64,000 nt of DNA from Mayamaea pseudoterrestris (lineage: Eukaryota), in contig BROI01000002.1 of the NCBI GenBank assembly GCA_027923505.1, positions 1,054,001 through 1,118,000 of the forward strand. Reading direction: 5' to 3'. The stretch's first letter is position 1. Each line of letters opens with the position of its first letter. The position numbers and the translations under genes are program-made. Below are positions 11,757 through 21,757 of this stretch, piece after piece. The notes beneath the pieces are model-generated. The model was not told where the DNA came from and ran no database searches. It saw nothing but the letters and a program-made list of their open reading frames with translations.

Positions 11757-13574
11757 ATGAGCGACTCCCATCTTGATGATGAATCCGGCAGCTTACTCGA
11801 GCAGGCTTTAAACCACGAAAGCCATCTAGTGAATACAGTCATTGTTGATGTCTTCATCTTGACGCCGCCGCCGCAGCACATGCCATCCATTGCGGAGGAT
11901 GTGGATCACTTGCTCGCCTTGGCAAAACTTGCAGTCGCTCTCAATCAGTATACTCTAGCGCAATCTTACCCATGGATCTCTGGAGGAGATGGGCCCGTAT
12001 TTGGGGCCCACACGACTGGAGGCATTGCTCATTTGCGAGCGTCACATCATTATGCTGCGTCAGTGGCCGACGAATGGTTTCTTATTGGACTTGTCATGCA
12101 ATTTACTCTCAACTATCATGACAAGAATATCGTCGCATCTTGTTGGGATTGCGATGACGGGCAAGTCTTGCTAGTGCAGAGTGCGCACGAGCTGCCCACT
12201 TGGGTGGATGACGTTGGACCGGAGAATTGTTTGCATCGCTGCTGGATTCGAAACGGAGGTGTTCACCTGAATCCGCCACGCGCAATGAAGACACACGCCA
12301 GCAAAAATGCTACCAAGCTATCACTTTCCGAAGCATTGAGCAGTCTACGTTCGAGTAGTACGTCGCTATATGACTCAAACGTCTCGGCCGTCATTCAAGA
12401 GACGGTCCGTCGCACCCAAACAAACTCGCGTTTCCATACGTCGGCAGTTGCTTTGCCTCGATCTGCCGCGAACCTCTTTTACCATCGACCAGATCTAATC
12501 GGAGCAGCGGCTTATGCGTTTCAGTATCACGTGAATGAGCAGTCGCCATTGCCGAATGAGGACGCTTCAACTCTGCTGGCAGGAACTTGTCATGACTGGA
12601 TCGTCATAACCATCCCCGTGGGCAGGACTCACTACGCCATGCTTCGAACATTGGAGTATTCACCTCATTGGATGGCAAAAGCTCCGGCGATTGATAGCGC
12701 GACAAATTACAGTAACGTTCCACCCATCTATAGCTCGATTGAAGTTAAACGGTTGAACCAGACTATGCAAACGGCCGAACACCTTCATCACGCGGTTCCG
12801 CTTGGAGTGAAACTGGTCATTGGATTGGAGTATCTGCTGAAACTACCTGATGCAGCTCGTTCGCTGACTGTTTCAATGACGGAGCGACGAATCTTGCAGC
12901 ATTGGGTACAGATTGCTCGAGATTGCGGTAGTGGTAAAACTGATCACGGCAATGATAATGATGCTGGAAAATGGATACAAGAAGCGTGGACGGCGGGGCC
13001 GAACCGCTCGGATCACAATCTAGAGCACTTATGCAAGTGCTTAGTTTTTGAAAAGGAACTAATGTCCGAGGATCTACTATTTCATCAGCCGCTAACCCCG
13101 GTGTCGCATCCAGAAACGAGCGTTCCGACGCAGATTCGGAAAGAGCTGCACTCAGCGGAGCGATTAAAGATTGGCGACTCGCTGCCCTGTGCGTCGAAGG
13201 TAGATGCGGATGATTGGTTGAAATTTCCTAATGACGATGAATTGCAGCTCATGACGGAGCCCGTTAGTGCAACGCGTGCGCTCGACACGATGCGACAAGG
13301 GGTCACGTCATTGCTTAAAGGCCAGATCGAAGGGAGTGGCAACGAGACGCGTCAGCACATTCATCCCCAACTTCCTGCGACAAGTATTAGTCCCGACGTG
13401 GCACTCGGTTTATTGCACATGACATTAAAGGCCAAGAAGTTGGATGATATACAATGTCCAAGGAGCAGCGAGTACGCCGTTGACGATGCGTACTTTACAA
13501 AAGAAGACTTTGATATGGAAGCAGCTATTGGCAAGGAGAATGGAGGCAATGGAAGTGACAAGGAGGACGACTAG
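11757..13574 (+). CDS. Ecdysoneless/SGT1 (ECD) family protein, C-terminus possibly truncated
   Basis: YPWIS...ADEWFLIGLV...WDCDDGQVLLVQSAHELPTWV...ENCLHRCWIRNGGVHL resembles the ECD/SGT1 N-terminal domain; LGVKLVIGLE and DADDWL also fit. Confidence 0.75.
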   Translation: MSDSHLDDESGSLLEQALNHESHLVNTVIVDVFILTPPPQHMPSIAEDVDHLLALAKLAVALNQYTLAQSYPWISGGDGPVFGAHTTGGIAHLRASHHYAASVADEWFLIGLVMQFTLNYHDKNIVASCWDCDDGQVLLVQSAHELPTWVDDVGPENCLHRCWIRNGGVHLNPPRAMKTHASKNATKLSLSEALSSLRSSSTSLYDSNVSAVIQETVRRTQTNSRFHTSAVALPRSAANLFYHRPDLIGAAAYAFQYHVNEQSPLPNEDASTLLAGTCHDWIVITIPVGRTHYAMLRTLEYSPHWMAKAPAIDSATNYSNVPPIYSSIEVKRLNQTMQTAEHLHHAVPLGVKLVIGLEYLLKLPDAARSLTVSMTERRILQHWVQIARDCGSGKTDHGNDNDAGKWIQEAWTAGPNRSDHNLEHLCKCLVFEKELMSEDLLFHQPLTPVSHPETSVPTQIRKELHSAERLKIGDSLPCASKVDADDWLKFPNDDELQLMTEPVSATRALDTMRQGVTSLLKGQIEGSGNETRQHIHPQLPATSISPDVALGLLHMTLKAKKLDDIQCPRSSEYAVDDAYFTKEDFDMEAAIGKENGGNGSDKEDD

Positions 13575-13855
13575 CACTTGAGAATATCTTGCAAACAGTA
13601 ATCACGAGTAGCAGCATTGACAATTACCGGGCGAAGCATACGCAGCCGCGAGCTCTCATGACCAATGCAATGTTCAAGATGCTCACGTGCCGAAGTTAAG
13701 TTAACTGGTCCGGTTGATAACCTTTGGCGAAAGCTTGAGGTTCAGCCAGTTTGGAGGCCGATGAATGATGAAAACGATGTGGCTGAAAACAAAATAGATT
13801 GTTATTATTCTATGCATTTTGTAATAAATTCGCCCAATGAAGTGTACGCGCTAAT

Positions 13856-15886
13856 TCAGATTTGCTGCAGCTCAATGAAGCTCGTCGGCCTAAGTTTATT
13901 AGGTACTTTTGAAGCTGACTGAAGGCTTTCATAAATTGACATTTCAATGAGACCCTGCCAAACAAGAACAACCAGCAGGAGAAGCGAATAGAAGGTACAA
14001 AAGACAACCGTGTATTGCCACGCAATGGGGAAGCACGTGAAGAGAACCTTGGTGGCGCAAGTGACAATGAGTATTTCGAAAGGTAGATGCAGCTTGTACA
14101 GCTCGGCCCGAAACATTTCAGTGAATGACAACAAGGTTAAAACCCTGCCCTCCAAATGTTCTTCTTCCCGAGCCAGCGGTCCGAGGTCCAGCAAGGCAAA
14201 CGCAAGCATCGCCGCATGTGAACTGCGCGGTTCTGTTGCTGCACTGCAAGAAGAAGTATTCGTCAACGGCGTTGTCTCAGATGGGCTCCACGACACTGTC
14301 AGCTGTGAAACGTCCCCATTCTGAGATGTGTTAACAATAAGGTCGTCTATCGGAGCCGATGAACCTCGTGGCGCTGGTTCAAACAAGTACAAATGCATAA
14401 CTATCAAGCTTCCTGCGACACTCCAAAGCACCGTTTGTTTGAGCGACACCGCGACCAACTGCAGCCATGGCCCAGCAGCAACCCACAGAAGCAAAAACTC
14501 AATTCCAAAAAGACAAAAGAGCGTGACGAGATGAACAAACTCTTGCTTGGCCATCGCCTGCGCATTCACTTGACGAAAGGCTCCACCGGCTAATACGTAG
14601 GGCAAAATGTGCAAGGCAAACATCTGCACTGATGCCGCCACGTATGCAAACCAAGCGATAATGGCTGCTCGTTGACCCCAATCGTAATACGACATATTAA
14701 TGAGATACTTGTGAACCACTCCTAGGCATGCGAAGAACAAAACACCGTGTATGACGCAGTAGCTCATGTTTCGCCATGAGACAGGATTTCTTCTGGCAGA
14801 CGACGAGTTCGACGCTTTTGATCGGCCAGCAATGAACAGTCCTAAATACCATGCATGTAGCAATGCCCGTGAGCCGAAAAAAAGAAAGGCTGACATAGCC
14901 AAGTGACAAGCAACGGTTGCATATTTTTGCGCCAATTTGTAGAAGTCGTGTCCCTCGCGCATTCTACGTTCGGCCAGACTCTCATTGCCCACCTCCCACT
15001 CCTCTTCTCGTTCCTCTTCGTTCAATAATTCATCTTTAACCTTGACCAGATATTCAGCAGACGCATTATAGGCATTTGACTCTTGGTGAAAGACGCGCGA
15101 CTGGTTTTCGAAGTGCATAGCCATTGCCTTCAAATGCTCGCTCGTTTCATTGTAGCGGCTGGCCTGCTGCGAAAACGCCTGCGCGACAAGCCCATCCATA
15201 AATTGCTTCTCAAATAGCGTTTCCTTGCGTTTCTCTTGCTTCTGAAGCAACTGTAAATCCTGATGAATTTCGAGACTCTCCTGATCAGCTTGTCTTTGCA
15301 GATCGACGGCGCCTTCGACGGCGTTACAAATGGCTGAAAATAGATTCGTCCCGCAAAGACCTTGATGAACAGGTCGTAGCTTTTGTTGACGTTTGTGTAG
15401 TTCATCTACTTCCCGTTCTGTTGCAGACATATTGGCAATGAGCTTTTCGTAAAGTAATTCGTCGTGTTGGACTCGCTGCTTGGCTTGGTGCGCCTGTGTA
15501 TACTCTTGCTGCGCCAATTGCTCAAAGTAGTCTGAACGACGTTGTTCTCGTCGAGCAAGTTCCTTCTCGACTTGCGCATCATGAGAATAACGTCTTGCTT
15601 GTCCAGCTTCTTCCTCCGCCTTGGTTTCCACATTCATAGCCTCCAAATCCAAAACATAGGCTTCCATGTCCTCAATGACTGCCATAGTATGAAGCTGGAG
15701 CGCACTTCGAGTATAGTTCTTGACAAGCTCCAACGCCTCGATTGTTCTATAGCGATACCTGCCAGCTAGAGCGGCTGCCAGCAAGAATACAAGGTAGAGA
15801 ATTCTGGAAGCAACAGCGATACCGATACCGCCGGCGGCGTCAGAAGAAGAAGATTCGGTTGATTGAAAGGAGTAAGAGTTCTTCAT
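13856..15886 (-). CDS. Hypothetical multi-pass membrane protein with a large coiled-coil region
   Basis: Long ORF: N-terminal TM segment, ~250 aa of E/Q/K/A-rich heptads, then about 7-8 hydrophobic segments. First ATG at 15886. Confidence 0.75.
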   Translation of the reverse strand: MKNSYSFQSTESSSSDAAGGIGIAVASRILYLVFLLAAALAGRYRYRTIEALELVKNYTRSALQLHTMAVIEDMEAYVLDLEAMNVETKAEEEAGQARRYSHDAQVEKELARREQRRSDYFEQLAQQEYTQAHQAKQRVQHDELLYEKLIANMSATEREVDELHKRQQKLRPVHQGLCGTNLFSAICNAVEGAVDLQRQADQESLEIHQDLQLLQKQEKRKETLFEKQFMDGLVAQAFSQQASRYNETSEHLKAMAMHFENQSRVFHQESNAYNASAEYLVKVKDELLNEEEREEEWEVGNESLAERRMREGHDFYKLAQKYATVACHLAMSAFLFFGSRALLHAWYLGLFIAGRSKASNSSSARRNPVSWRNMSYCVIHGVLFFACLGVVHKYLINMSYYDWGQRAAIIAWFAYVAASVQMFALHILPYVLAGGAFRQVNAQAMAKQEFVHLVTLFCLFGIEFLLLWVAAGPWLQLVAVSLKQTVLWSVAGSLIVMHLYLFEPAPRGSSAPIDDLIVNTSQNGDVSQLTVSWSPSETTPLTNTSSCSAATEPRSSHAAMLAFALLDLGPLAREEEHLEGRVLTLLSFTEMFRAELYKLHLPFEILIVTCATKVLFTCFPIAWQYTVVFCTFYSLLLLVVLVWQGLIEMSIYESLQSASKVPNKLRPTSFIELQQI

Positions 15887-16194
15887 CTTGCGCAGTAATC
15901 TGTGTATGATCAACTGTAAATAGCTATCTTGAGTTGTATGTCGAGTAGATGATACAGTATCGAATCACATCATCAATCGACCCATCAGCCGCGCGTCGTT
16001 CTTTTGGATGCGAAATCACCGCGCGGCGCGGCAGCTGAGTGACTCGGTACCGGAGCGACGCAGTGATAACCGGAGGGACAGTTGGGTACCGTCAAACCGC
16101 CGCGCGCGCGATAGCATCAACGACATCAAGAAACAGCGACGAGCGAGAGAAGGCATCATACTTCATGTATATATTCGTGTCTCTGCAACTCACC

Positions 16195-18515
16195 ATGGCC
16201 GACCAAAACCGAGTAAGTGACGAATACTAGACAGATAATTGGAACAATGTGTGCAGAGATGGTTTGCGCTCGTCTGGATTGGCTGCAGTGCAGCTGCATC
16301 AGCAGTGCGCCAATGCTGCTGCTGCTGCAGCGACGCTGGCTGCTACTTGGAAACATAGCGTCAAGAATTCCCATGGATGTTCAAAAGATTGATGCTTGCT
16401 TGCTTATAACTATTCACCTCATACTTGCCTCTCGTCTCTACGTTTTAGACGGCGCCGATCCACTGCGGACGAAATGTGATCAAGCGCGAGGAGCTTGATC
16501 AGCTACTGGCCAACTGTATAGCTGGTAATTGGAATCTTGCTCTTGATCAAATCAAGAACGACCCTCGTCTTGCTGCGACTCAACTACATCGCAAGGGTTT
16601 TGGTCCAAAGACAACTGTCCTTCATGAAGCAATTTACAACAAGAGCAGTAACCTTGCAAACCTTGACGATCGAATTGCTTTTATCAAAGATGTCTTGAAG
16701 GTCAACGGAAGTGCTGCTTGCTTGGAGAATCAATGTAAGAGACTCCCATTCGAAACTCTCTTCAAAAATCAGAAATTGACAGCGAAAGTAATGCCAGATG
16801 AGAAAAGGTTGGAGATTGCACAAGTACGTCGCACCTGCTACGTTCAAGTATATTTGGCATCTTGCTTTATCGTTTCTCATAATTTTGCCTTTCCACAGGC
16901 GCTAATGGAAGCCAACACAGTCGATTTCTTGCAGGATGAAAACAATGACACTTTTTTGCATCGCGTTTTGGTGCGCCAAGATGCAGTCTCTGACAAGATT
17001 ATTAAATACTTGGTTGAGATGCACAATGGTGCTGCTTGCTTTATTGAGAACAACAAAGGTTATCTCCCAGCGCATGTTGCAGCAAAGAGCTGCTATTCTA
17101 TCCTCAAAATGGACATTTTGCTCGATTCGAATCCAGAAGCCATCATCTGGATAACTAATGATGGCAAGACAGTTGCTATGCTTGCAGAGAATGGTGATCG
17201 ACCCAGCTCAAACTTGACAAAGCATTTAAAGGCTCGTGAGGCGGAGTTTTACGCGAATACGTCGATTTCTTTAGCGGAGCCACCCCTTCTGCAGAGTGAT
17301 TTTGACGTTCGACAGCCGTACCCGCTTGGCTTTTCTGGTCCGCCGCAAATCTGTCGAGGCTTCGGACAGCCGACCGCGCATGACATTGCTGGCGCAAAGC
17401 CATTTCTTCTCCGCGGCTTCGAGCACTTTGACGTTGATGACTCTCGTGGCGCGACCTCCAAAATGCCTTATCATCCGCCTTCCACGAATCGTCGAGTTTT
17501 TGAAAAGCCGATCGCGCATGGCATTGCTGGCGCGAAACCATTTCTTCACCGCGGTATCGAACATTTGGACGTTGAAGACTCTCGTGGCGCGATCTCCAAC
17601 ATGCCTTATCATCCGCATCCCACTTCTCGTCGAGTCTTTGCGCAGCCGATCGCGCATGACACTACGGGCGCGCCGCCAATCGTTCACCGGGGCTTCGGAC
17701 AGTTCGACGCTCATGACACTACTCGTGGCGCGACATTAAACATCATGCCTCGTCAGCAAGCTCCCGTCACTTTCAACGCGCCACCAACTTTGAACACGAC
17801 CACACCGCTTTACGATGGAGTTGGACAAAGTTTGAATAAAACCTTTGGCAAATACAGCAAGACCAAGTCAGACAGTCCTCATGGGCTTCACAAGGATGGC
17901 GGACGTTATGCTGCTTCGTCAAGTTTCACTTTGCCGCGTCTTCATAACGGCGCTGACGTTCGCGATGACGAAGACGACATAATCTGTAGCGAGCTTGCTG
18001 GCCTTCGCATGGACGGTCCAAGCTCTCCCTTTGGAAGCTACCACGACGTCTTTACCCCAAATAACAAGGAGTTTGTTGATCAAGGGGAACCAGCTTTGAA
18101 AATCAAGACGGCACAGTTCTGCCGACTTCTCGGCGGTGTTAACTTGGCAGTTTCCCCCATTGTATGCGGCGCCAAAGATATGGCAAAGACTACCGGTAGT
18201 CTGGACAACGACAAGCCGGTTGAAGAGTCGGACGCCGGGTGTGCCGCTTCCGACGGGCTATTTGTTGCTGCATACAAGGAATCGTCGGAGGATGAGACTA
18301 AGGATGGTACATTCCTCTTTGGTCCTGCTGTACCTGCCGCCAAGGATTTGTCGATGACTATGTTGGACGACGACAAGATGTCTGAAAAGTCGATCGCTGG
18401 GTATGATGCTGCGGATGAATACAGTACCTCATACGAGGAATCGTCGGAGTATGAGTCGTCGGATATTTCGTCTGATGTTGACCCGGAAGATTATCTTCCA
18501 CCAGACTCCCCTTAG
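16195..18515 (+). CDS. Ankyrin-repeat-like protein with 46-aa internal repeats and acidic tail
   Basis: TTVLHEAI, DTFLHRVL, GYLPAHVAAK and DGKTVAMLA are ankyrin-like motifs. Micro-exon ATG at 16195 (MADQNR), GTAAGT..TAG intron 16213-16448 in frame with the ORF, and a stop-free in-frame intron 16824-16898. Confidence 0.72.
17367..17750 (+). repeat. Coding tandem repeat, 138 bp (46 aa) unit, about 2.8 copies
   Basis: Units begin at 17367, 17505 and 17643 (QPTAHDIAGAKPF.../KPIAHGIAGAKPF.../QPIAHDTTGAPPI...). Confidence 0.9.
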
Positions 18516-19540
18516 TTGTTCAAATATTTTGTGTGACAATGTTGCATTTTGGCCACCAGTGTAAGGAAACTTGGCACGAGGGCGACTTCTTGAAGAGTAT
18601 GCTAGCGCATGAACGAATAAACTCTTTGATAGCATACGTCTTAGATAGAAAAGAATGCTTTTATGTGTACACACTGCGAGTGGCCTAAACATTCGCGTCC
18701 CCTGACAAGTATCATCTTGTGTTTGTTACCAGTAGAGTTCGTCGTCATCGATACTCGTGCATTCGGAACGCGCCCGTCTCGTGAAGCGCTTAGTGTGGTC
18801 AATATATTATGCTAGTAGGTGGCTGGATTCATCCAGCCGGCTCTTCGGCCTCTTTCAACACATTGTGCAATCTCAAGTCCTGGTGCTCCATGCATTTCAT
18901 CATGCGGAACCCCCAGCATCTGGGTAATGCACAGACCTACGACTTGCGACAACCCAGGTGTCTCTGTTATCGGTGAATATGCCAGTCGTGGCGTCTTTTG
19001 CACCCGCATTTTGTCATTAAATTGCAAGGTTGACGACAGCATGGACCTTTATGACAACAACAAACAGTGATTTCACCATGTCCATGCCGATGCCATTCAA
19101 TGACGTTGGCATTACTTTGCGGGACGAGCATATTACGATCGAAATGGGCACATTGTATCAAAGTTATCAGCCGTTCCAGACACTTGAATATGGCTCCGCT
19201 TGTAACCACACAAGTAGTGCCGCCGATGGCATCCGTTTCCCGTGGCCATCGGCTCATAGCTCATAGTCGCATCGCCGCCCAGCTGCAGTGCCGTCGAGCG
19301 GGAGCAAAGTGCGGCGAGAGAAATGGCCTGCTTTGAGTAATTTCAAAGTAGCGACTCCTTCTTTACTGTTAATCGGTTCAGTTTCAGTGGAGCGATAGCT
19401 GTACGCCGTCGCGCGTCGTCGGTCGCCGACCAAAAGGACGATCCGAGCTTGATTCAGGGTTAACTGTAAACAAGGTCGGCTGCCGCCGTTAGCACTGACC
19501 CAGCCTTTGGAGTTGGATGACAGGTTGGCCTATCAGTGGG

Positions 19541-19727
19541 CGGTTGGGTAGCTATCCGACTATGGCCTGCACACAACTGCCGTAGCTATCAGCCTTGTGC
19601 GGGACCTGTTCGCAAGAGGCTCTTCCTAGTACTGTTCGCAAGAGACAGCGGTCGGGTAGCTATCGGTCTATTGCCTACATACGCATCACGCCTACAGTTC
19701 GCAAGATACAACGGTTGGGTAGCTATG
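19541..19727. repeat. Degenerate non-coding tandem repeat (~63 bp period) built from CGGTYGGGTAGCTAT and GTTCGCAAGA modules
   Basis: CGGTYGGGTAGCTAT at 19541, 19649 and 19712; GTTCGCAAGA at 19608, 19634 and 19697; an extra GTAGCTAT at 19582. Confidence 0.8.
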
Positions 19728-20196
19728 TGACATTAAATGTCGCAATGGGTTACGCACTCACGCACACATGGACGGCTAAAACTTTTAATTCACTGAGCCC
19801 GTTCCGGGTCAGTGATTCGACCTGAATCATGTAAAGGAATGTTGCTTGGACACCTTCTACTGTAGTTGTTGGATAAATGAGGCAGAGCGTGTAAATACTG
19901 TTTCATCACATGCGATCACATGCGATCGAATTGTCGGATGAAGGTTGATGCTGCTTGATTATGCTGATGCTTGATGCGATTATTTTCTAGTATAGAAGAC
20001 ATGCGAGGGACCGACGAGGGACCACACCGGTACGACATCATTTCCGTCTCTGCGGTATTGACTGAAGCGAAAACGAACGATGCGCGCCCCACGAAAGAAT
20101 ATAAGTCGGCGAGCACTTTCTGCGTAAATACCATGTTCACTAGTAGTCATACTAAACATAAAAGGCATTATAACGTCCCCTAAAATTCATGTAGGT

Positions 20197-20815
20197 TTGC
20201 TAAGCTGGGAATATATGGCCCCAATAGAATTCTTCGATGACTTGAAAGGATCCTTGCTAGTCGCGTCCGTTTGCTTTGCAGCTTGCCATTTCGCGTTGGC
20301 CAATGCTCGCAAGGTAGCGTGCTCAATTTTAGAGGCGCACACTTGCACACTTTTCAGCCACTGCAGCCCCATGTGGCCTTCAAATGACTTACAGTGAGGT
20401 TGAAATCTGCCACCGTCAATTTGACGCCTGCCGGGCCTTGGAAAACCTTCAAACCAAAACCGGCGACTCGATTGTTCCAGCGGGTGGTACATCCTGTAAT
20501 GGCAAGGTACCACTGGGCCCCAACAATGGCATGAAAGTATCTGTGTGGGCCTAAAACCAGAGCAGCGGCAAGGATGGGAGATGGGAGTGTATATCGGCCA
20601 ATTTTTTAAAGCAATCAAGCACTTTAACAGTAAAGGAGGATCAGCAGTCCAAGTGAGCCGGTTATAACCATTGCCATGAAAAGAAGTATTACTTGCCTGA
20701 ATGTAATGAGCAAGGAAGATGACCGAAGGGAGAATGGCTCCAGCAACTTGAAGGTCTGCAGCGCTGCGGCAGCTGTGTCTGCTCCATGACGGTGGCCATG
20801 GCGAAATGCACTTAA
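20197..20815 (+). pseudogene. Possible decayed coding sequence (unknown gene or TE relic)
   Basis: Protein-like frames broken by isolated TGA/TAA stops and a frameshift near 20396; adjacent to a CpG-decayed duplicate. No family recognised. Confidence 0.3.
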
Positions 20816-20924
20816 ATCAATCTTATTTCCTTGTCAATAGCAGCATTTGAGGCGGCTTTAAAAGAATCAAAGAACAAGTGTTATTGTTAGCAACAACAGT
20901 TGGGGCTGCTTGGAGGAGCTTGCC

Positions 20925-21335
20925 CTTTTTGCTTGTTAGTTTGACGAACGTTTGATGCTGCTGCAGCTGCAGGTTCATTTTGGCACATTGGCACAATTTT
21001 ACTTGATTTAAATATATTTACTTGTTGTCATTGCCTTTGTTTGTCGCTACATGGGTCGACTGCATGTTGTCTGCTAGAACGTTCGACTTTCGACGTTCGA
21101 CTACCGCTGGGCGTCGAGCGTCGATGCTTAGGCGCGCCATTCATGTTGATTGCTGCGCTAGAGGTGCGTCACACTATGATGTGTTGCCATGTTGCCATGG
21201 AGGTGCGGTAGTTGTTGTCGCCTTTTTCAATTCTCTTTTTGCTTGTTGTGTTTGTTGTCGAACGTTCGATGCTGCTGCTGGTTGCTGCTGGCTGATGCTG
21301 GTTGATTTCGACACATTGAAACGATTTTGTATCGA
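20925..21335 (+). repeat. Diverged direct repeat pair (about 20925-21008 vs 21235-21335)
   Basis: Shared blocks CTTTTTGCTTGTT..CGAACGTTYGATGCTGCTGC..GGTTSATTTYGRCACATTG..ACRATTTT..TYGAT. Confidence 0.75.
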
Positions 21336-21374
21336 TGGCTGTTCAGGCACGCACGTCGCTCCATCTCCCGAGTC

Positions 21375-21450
21375 AGCGGGCGCCCGCTCGCGCGCTTCGA
21401 GGGACCTGCGGTCCCCCGGGGGACCGTTCCGGTCCCTCCCAAAAAAAATT
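21375..21450. other. GC-rich nested palindrome cluster followed by an A8 tract
   Basis: Perfect 14-bp palindrome AGCGGGCGCCCGCT (21375-21388); perfect 18-bp palindrome CGGTCCCCCGGGGGACCG (21409-21426) flanked by inverted arms GAGGGACC (21399-21406) and GGTCCCTC (21431-21438); A8 at 21441-21448. Confidence 0.9.
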
Positions 21451-21757
21451 TCATTCGTCTCCCCCTATTGAAACGTCATTCTGTCGTACAACAACTGAAA
21501 GATCCGAGCTCGATGGCACGATCGCGTCGACTCCTTTTCAGCTGCAACAATCCAATCAAACAAGAAACAAGTATTTCGCACGAGCGCGTCGATGCTTTTT
21601 CATCTGCCGCCAGCCAATCAGAAACGGTCGAGCAAAGTTTCAATGGCCTTGTTCTTTCAGCGGCCTTCCGGCGGCAACATACAAAAGGGTGCATTATTGC
21701 ATGCCTTGACCGAATCATATCTTTAAGCGAGGCTACCGGTAGAACCTATTCTGAAAG

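Noticed and set aside
16824..16898. Hydrophobic VRRTCYVQVYLASCFIVSHNFAFPQ segment as a TM helix in the ankyrin-like protein
   Set aside because: It is bounded by GTACGT and TTCCACAG and is 75 nt long, so it is better explained as a stop-free in-frame intron.
18819..19266. Overlapping short ORFs (83 aa and 78 aa) as a gene
   Set aside because: Non-ATG starts, no recognisable domain and no clear splice solution; too weak to annotate.
19905..19927. 10-bp tandem duplication ATCACATGCG x2.3 as a target-site duplication
   Set aside because: The copies are adjacent with no element between them; could be slippage or an excision footprint, which cannot be distinguished here.
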